Positions 61,445 to 64,000 of a stretch of 64,000 nt of DNA are shown here, piece after piece. Source of the DNA: Pseudovirgaria hyperparasitica (lineage: Eukaryota); assembly GCA_010093815.1 (NCBI GenBank), contig ML996565.1; one strand, written 5' to 3'. The translations under genes and the position numbers were made by a program. Within the stretch, counting starts at the first letter, position 1. The number at the start of each line of letters is the position of its first letter. A model generated the notes under the pieces. It made no database searches. It was not told the DNA's origin and saw only the letters and a program-made list of their open reading frames with translations.

Positions 61445-63289
61445 CAAGGAGTGAGTGAGTAAGTGAGTGTGGCTTTTGTGCTGGGTTTTTAGTGTAGTGT
61501 GGGACTGGGTTATGGGAGAGAGGGCGAGAGAGGGAGATTGGTGCTGTTTGGGAGAGATTTCGGAGGGTGGGTGTGTTGGAGAGAGAGAGGGAGAGAGTGG
61601 GCAGGTGGACGGTGTTGCTTGGTGTTAGTACTGTAGTAATTAGTGGATGGATGGATGGGATACCTACAAGCATACAAGCATACATGCATGCCATGCCATG
61701 CCATGCAATACCTTGTTTATTCTAGATACTACTACTATTATACTATTGAGAGTTCCATGGAACGGACGACGGACGATGGGATTCCGTGCATCTACTTACC
61801 TCTCTCTCTCTCTCTCTCCATTTTCCCAAGACAGTCAAAGAGGGCCCTGTAGTAATTTACTTACCCCAGCTGCTTACTAAGACTCCCTCACCCATCGGAA
61901 GCAGAACAATCCCAGACTCCGAGAACGAGCCGCCCGCCTACCTGACCTGACTAATCCCATCTATCTCGCATCGAGTCTTCACCATCCAGCCTAGTGCAGC
62001 CTGCAACACCAGCGCTGAACCTTACCAGGAACGGCGGACACTGCATCTCGCATCGAGCGATCTCTCCTCTCCCTTGAATGCCGTTGCTGTGGTGGGATTG
62101 GTTGTGATGCTTGCTAGGCGAGAGGGGGGATTGGGTGGCGATGTAGGTGGGCTGCCCCTGATCGACAGGTGAACGGTCTGCTTAGGGGACGACTGTAGCA
62201 CAGTAGTTAAAGTAGCGGTAGGCTGTTGTGTTATTGAGGGCATCCTTGCGTTTGTGTCGTTAAGCTTTGGGAGGGTGATGGTGGCTGGTTTGATTGCGCG
62301 TGGTATGATTTATATACTGACTGCTGACTGACTGACCGACTGACTGACGACTGAATGACTGTTTAGTTCGAGGCTTGGATGCGAATTGTGATGCTTGCTA
62401 GTTAGATAGTTAGATGTCTCTTCCAGCAGCTCGTTCATTCATTCATGATCTCATGATTGTCGACGCCCAGTCCGGCCTCGTATCCGTCGGATTGCGATGA
62501 ATGCTGACACAGCATTGACTATCCACCACCAGCTTGAAACCCAACAGCCAATCGCATTGCTCGGGCTAGCATTGCCAAAAAAGTCACTTGGTCATTTATA
62601 ACTTTTTTGCTCGTTAAGAGAGGAGTATAATCACTACCCGATCAGGCATGGAGGAAAATGTCCTGTCTTCTCCGAGCGTAGAGGAACGAATGGGTTCATG
62701 GCATAGTTATAGTATAGTATGGTAGTAATTAGAGATAAGATGATGGTAATAATGACAATACTACTACTACTACTAACTACCAGTTGCTCGAGTGATGCAG
62801 TAATGACTCCAGTCAGTCCCTCCTGAGACTGAGACACACCAGAGATTTGGTGCCAAGCCCCCCCTGGGGATACGATTGAAATGAAGTACTCGCCCCCCCG
62901 GCTGATGGAGGGAGGGTTACTGGAATTCGATACCCGATCGTTTTCTTCTCTCTGTTGGTAATAATGGCCCAGGTTCTTCGCTCTCGTTCTCTCTAATTAC
63001 TCGTTGCGTTCTCTGCCTGCTCGTGTGCTCTTTTGGCGAGAAGCAGTGATTGCTGCGTCCGACTGCGCATTCCGAGCAAGGACAGTCTATCGCCGTAGAG
63101 GTATGTATTTCTTGATGATTCCTTTCGTCTGGCTTTCAATTAAAGACCTGTTTGCACTCTCCACCACTTCTAGTCTTCTACCAGCGTGTAAATGGATGCT
63201 CATTGCTGCTGAGAGCACACTCACTGCGCGTCACTGTTGGTTGGGCGTTGGCTTCGTTTCTGCATGGTGGATCCGCCGCTTGCCGCACC

Positions 63290-63326
63290 CGCTTGACGCT
63301 TGACGCTTGACGCTTCACGCTTGACC
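63290..63326. repeat. 7-bp tandem repeat (CGCTTGA), about 5 copies
   Basis: cgcttgacgcttgacgcttgacgcttcacgcttgac, within the probable 5' leader of the last gene. Confidence 0.75.
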
Positions 63327-63697
63327 TCACCACTTCCACCAATTCTCTTCTTTCCTTCCTACTCCTTCTCTCCTCTCCCACCACTCCTACTCCTCTACCT
63401 CTCTTTTTTCTTTGCTACCACTTCTTCTCCTCATCAATTAATTCCACCATCTATCGCCAGCGCTGTGCTAATTCTTTACGTCGCGTTCAGTGCGTCTGCG
63501 TCTTGTCAACTCCCGTCAATCCTCGTGTGTTTGATCGGTCCGCTGCGACTCCTGGACTCTACACCAAAGCATCGCTTATACCGTCCCGCATCCTTTCACC
63601 GCCACGTTCTCACTCACGTCGTCGACGCGTCTGCCCGGGCGGATTCACCAACATCTCTTCGGTCTCGACAGATCTGGCCTCCGCTGGTCCTTCTGCC

Positions 63698-64000
63698 ATG
63701 CCGTCGACGAGATCTCTCTACCCCTTCGCGAGCTCTTCACCTTCTCTAGATCCCACAACCGAGAAGGCGGGCACCCGCAGGACCTCTTTCTCCAAACCAT
63801 CAAAGTTCACCTCCTTCTTCTCCACCTCGCCAAAGTCTCGTTCCGCCCTGTCAGAAGCAGACGCTATCAAGGCCGCCCTCGCTGGTCAGGGAGCGCAGCA
63901 CCCGTACAATTCCCCTTCAGCTATAAGCACTTCGTCTCTGTCGCTTCCTTCAATAAGCCTGTCAACTGCTACCGGCACAAACATGAAGACGGAAGATACG
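63698..64000 (+). CDS. 5' end of a protein-coding gene (Ser-rich N-terminus; product unknown), runs off the window end
   Basis: ATG in gccATG context opens a stop-free frame of 101 codons to the window end (MPSTRSLYPFASSSPSL...), downstream of a pyrimidine-rich leader. Confidence 0.6.
   Translation, partial: MPSTRSLYPFASSSPSLDPTTEKAGTRRTSFSKPSKFTSFFSTSPKSRSALSEADAIKAALAGQGAQHPYNSPSAISTSSLSLPSISLSTATGTNMKTEDT

Noticed and set aside
61395..63326. Short tandem repeats as a CRISPR-like array
   Set aside because: Units are 4-8 bp with no unique spacers and the context is eukaryotic; these are simple micro/minisatellites.

Overview
Intron-rich eukaryotic DNA from a filamentous ascomycete (Pezizomycotina, probably a Dothideomycete). 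About 27 protein-coding loci and one intron-containing tRNA-Arg(ACG) can be supported. Most are conserved housekeeping or regulatory genes: a GAF-type hybrid histidine kinase (5' end only), a bZIP/DUF3425 factor, an FAD monooxygenase, acetoacetyl-CoA synthetase, glyoxalase II, transketolase, a CFEM membrane protein, a Sec2-domain protein, DCG1-like racemase, EFL1/RIA1, TeaC/Tea4, RPL32, a UBP, ALB1, translin, GPI11, MRT4, MDM10 and a Pho2/RfeB-like homeobox factor. The main points of interest are: (1) a small accessory island at about 10.3-14 kb with a head-to-head pair of an FTA2-family kinase-like gene and a PD-(D/E)xK+QxxxY nuclease-like gene, which resembles the two functional domains of Spok spore killers split into two genes; (2) a MEIOB-like meiotic OB-fold gene next to that island; (3) a 768-nt stop-free in-frame exitron in TeaC; (4) a candidate mitochondrial presequence exon for GLO2; and (5) repeated ~1 kb C-rich to G-rich skew-switch islands that ignore gene orientation. 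All calls come from reading motifs by eye and recalled family knowledge. No database searches were run, and exon boundaries are manual predictions.
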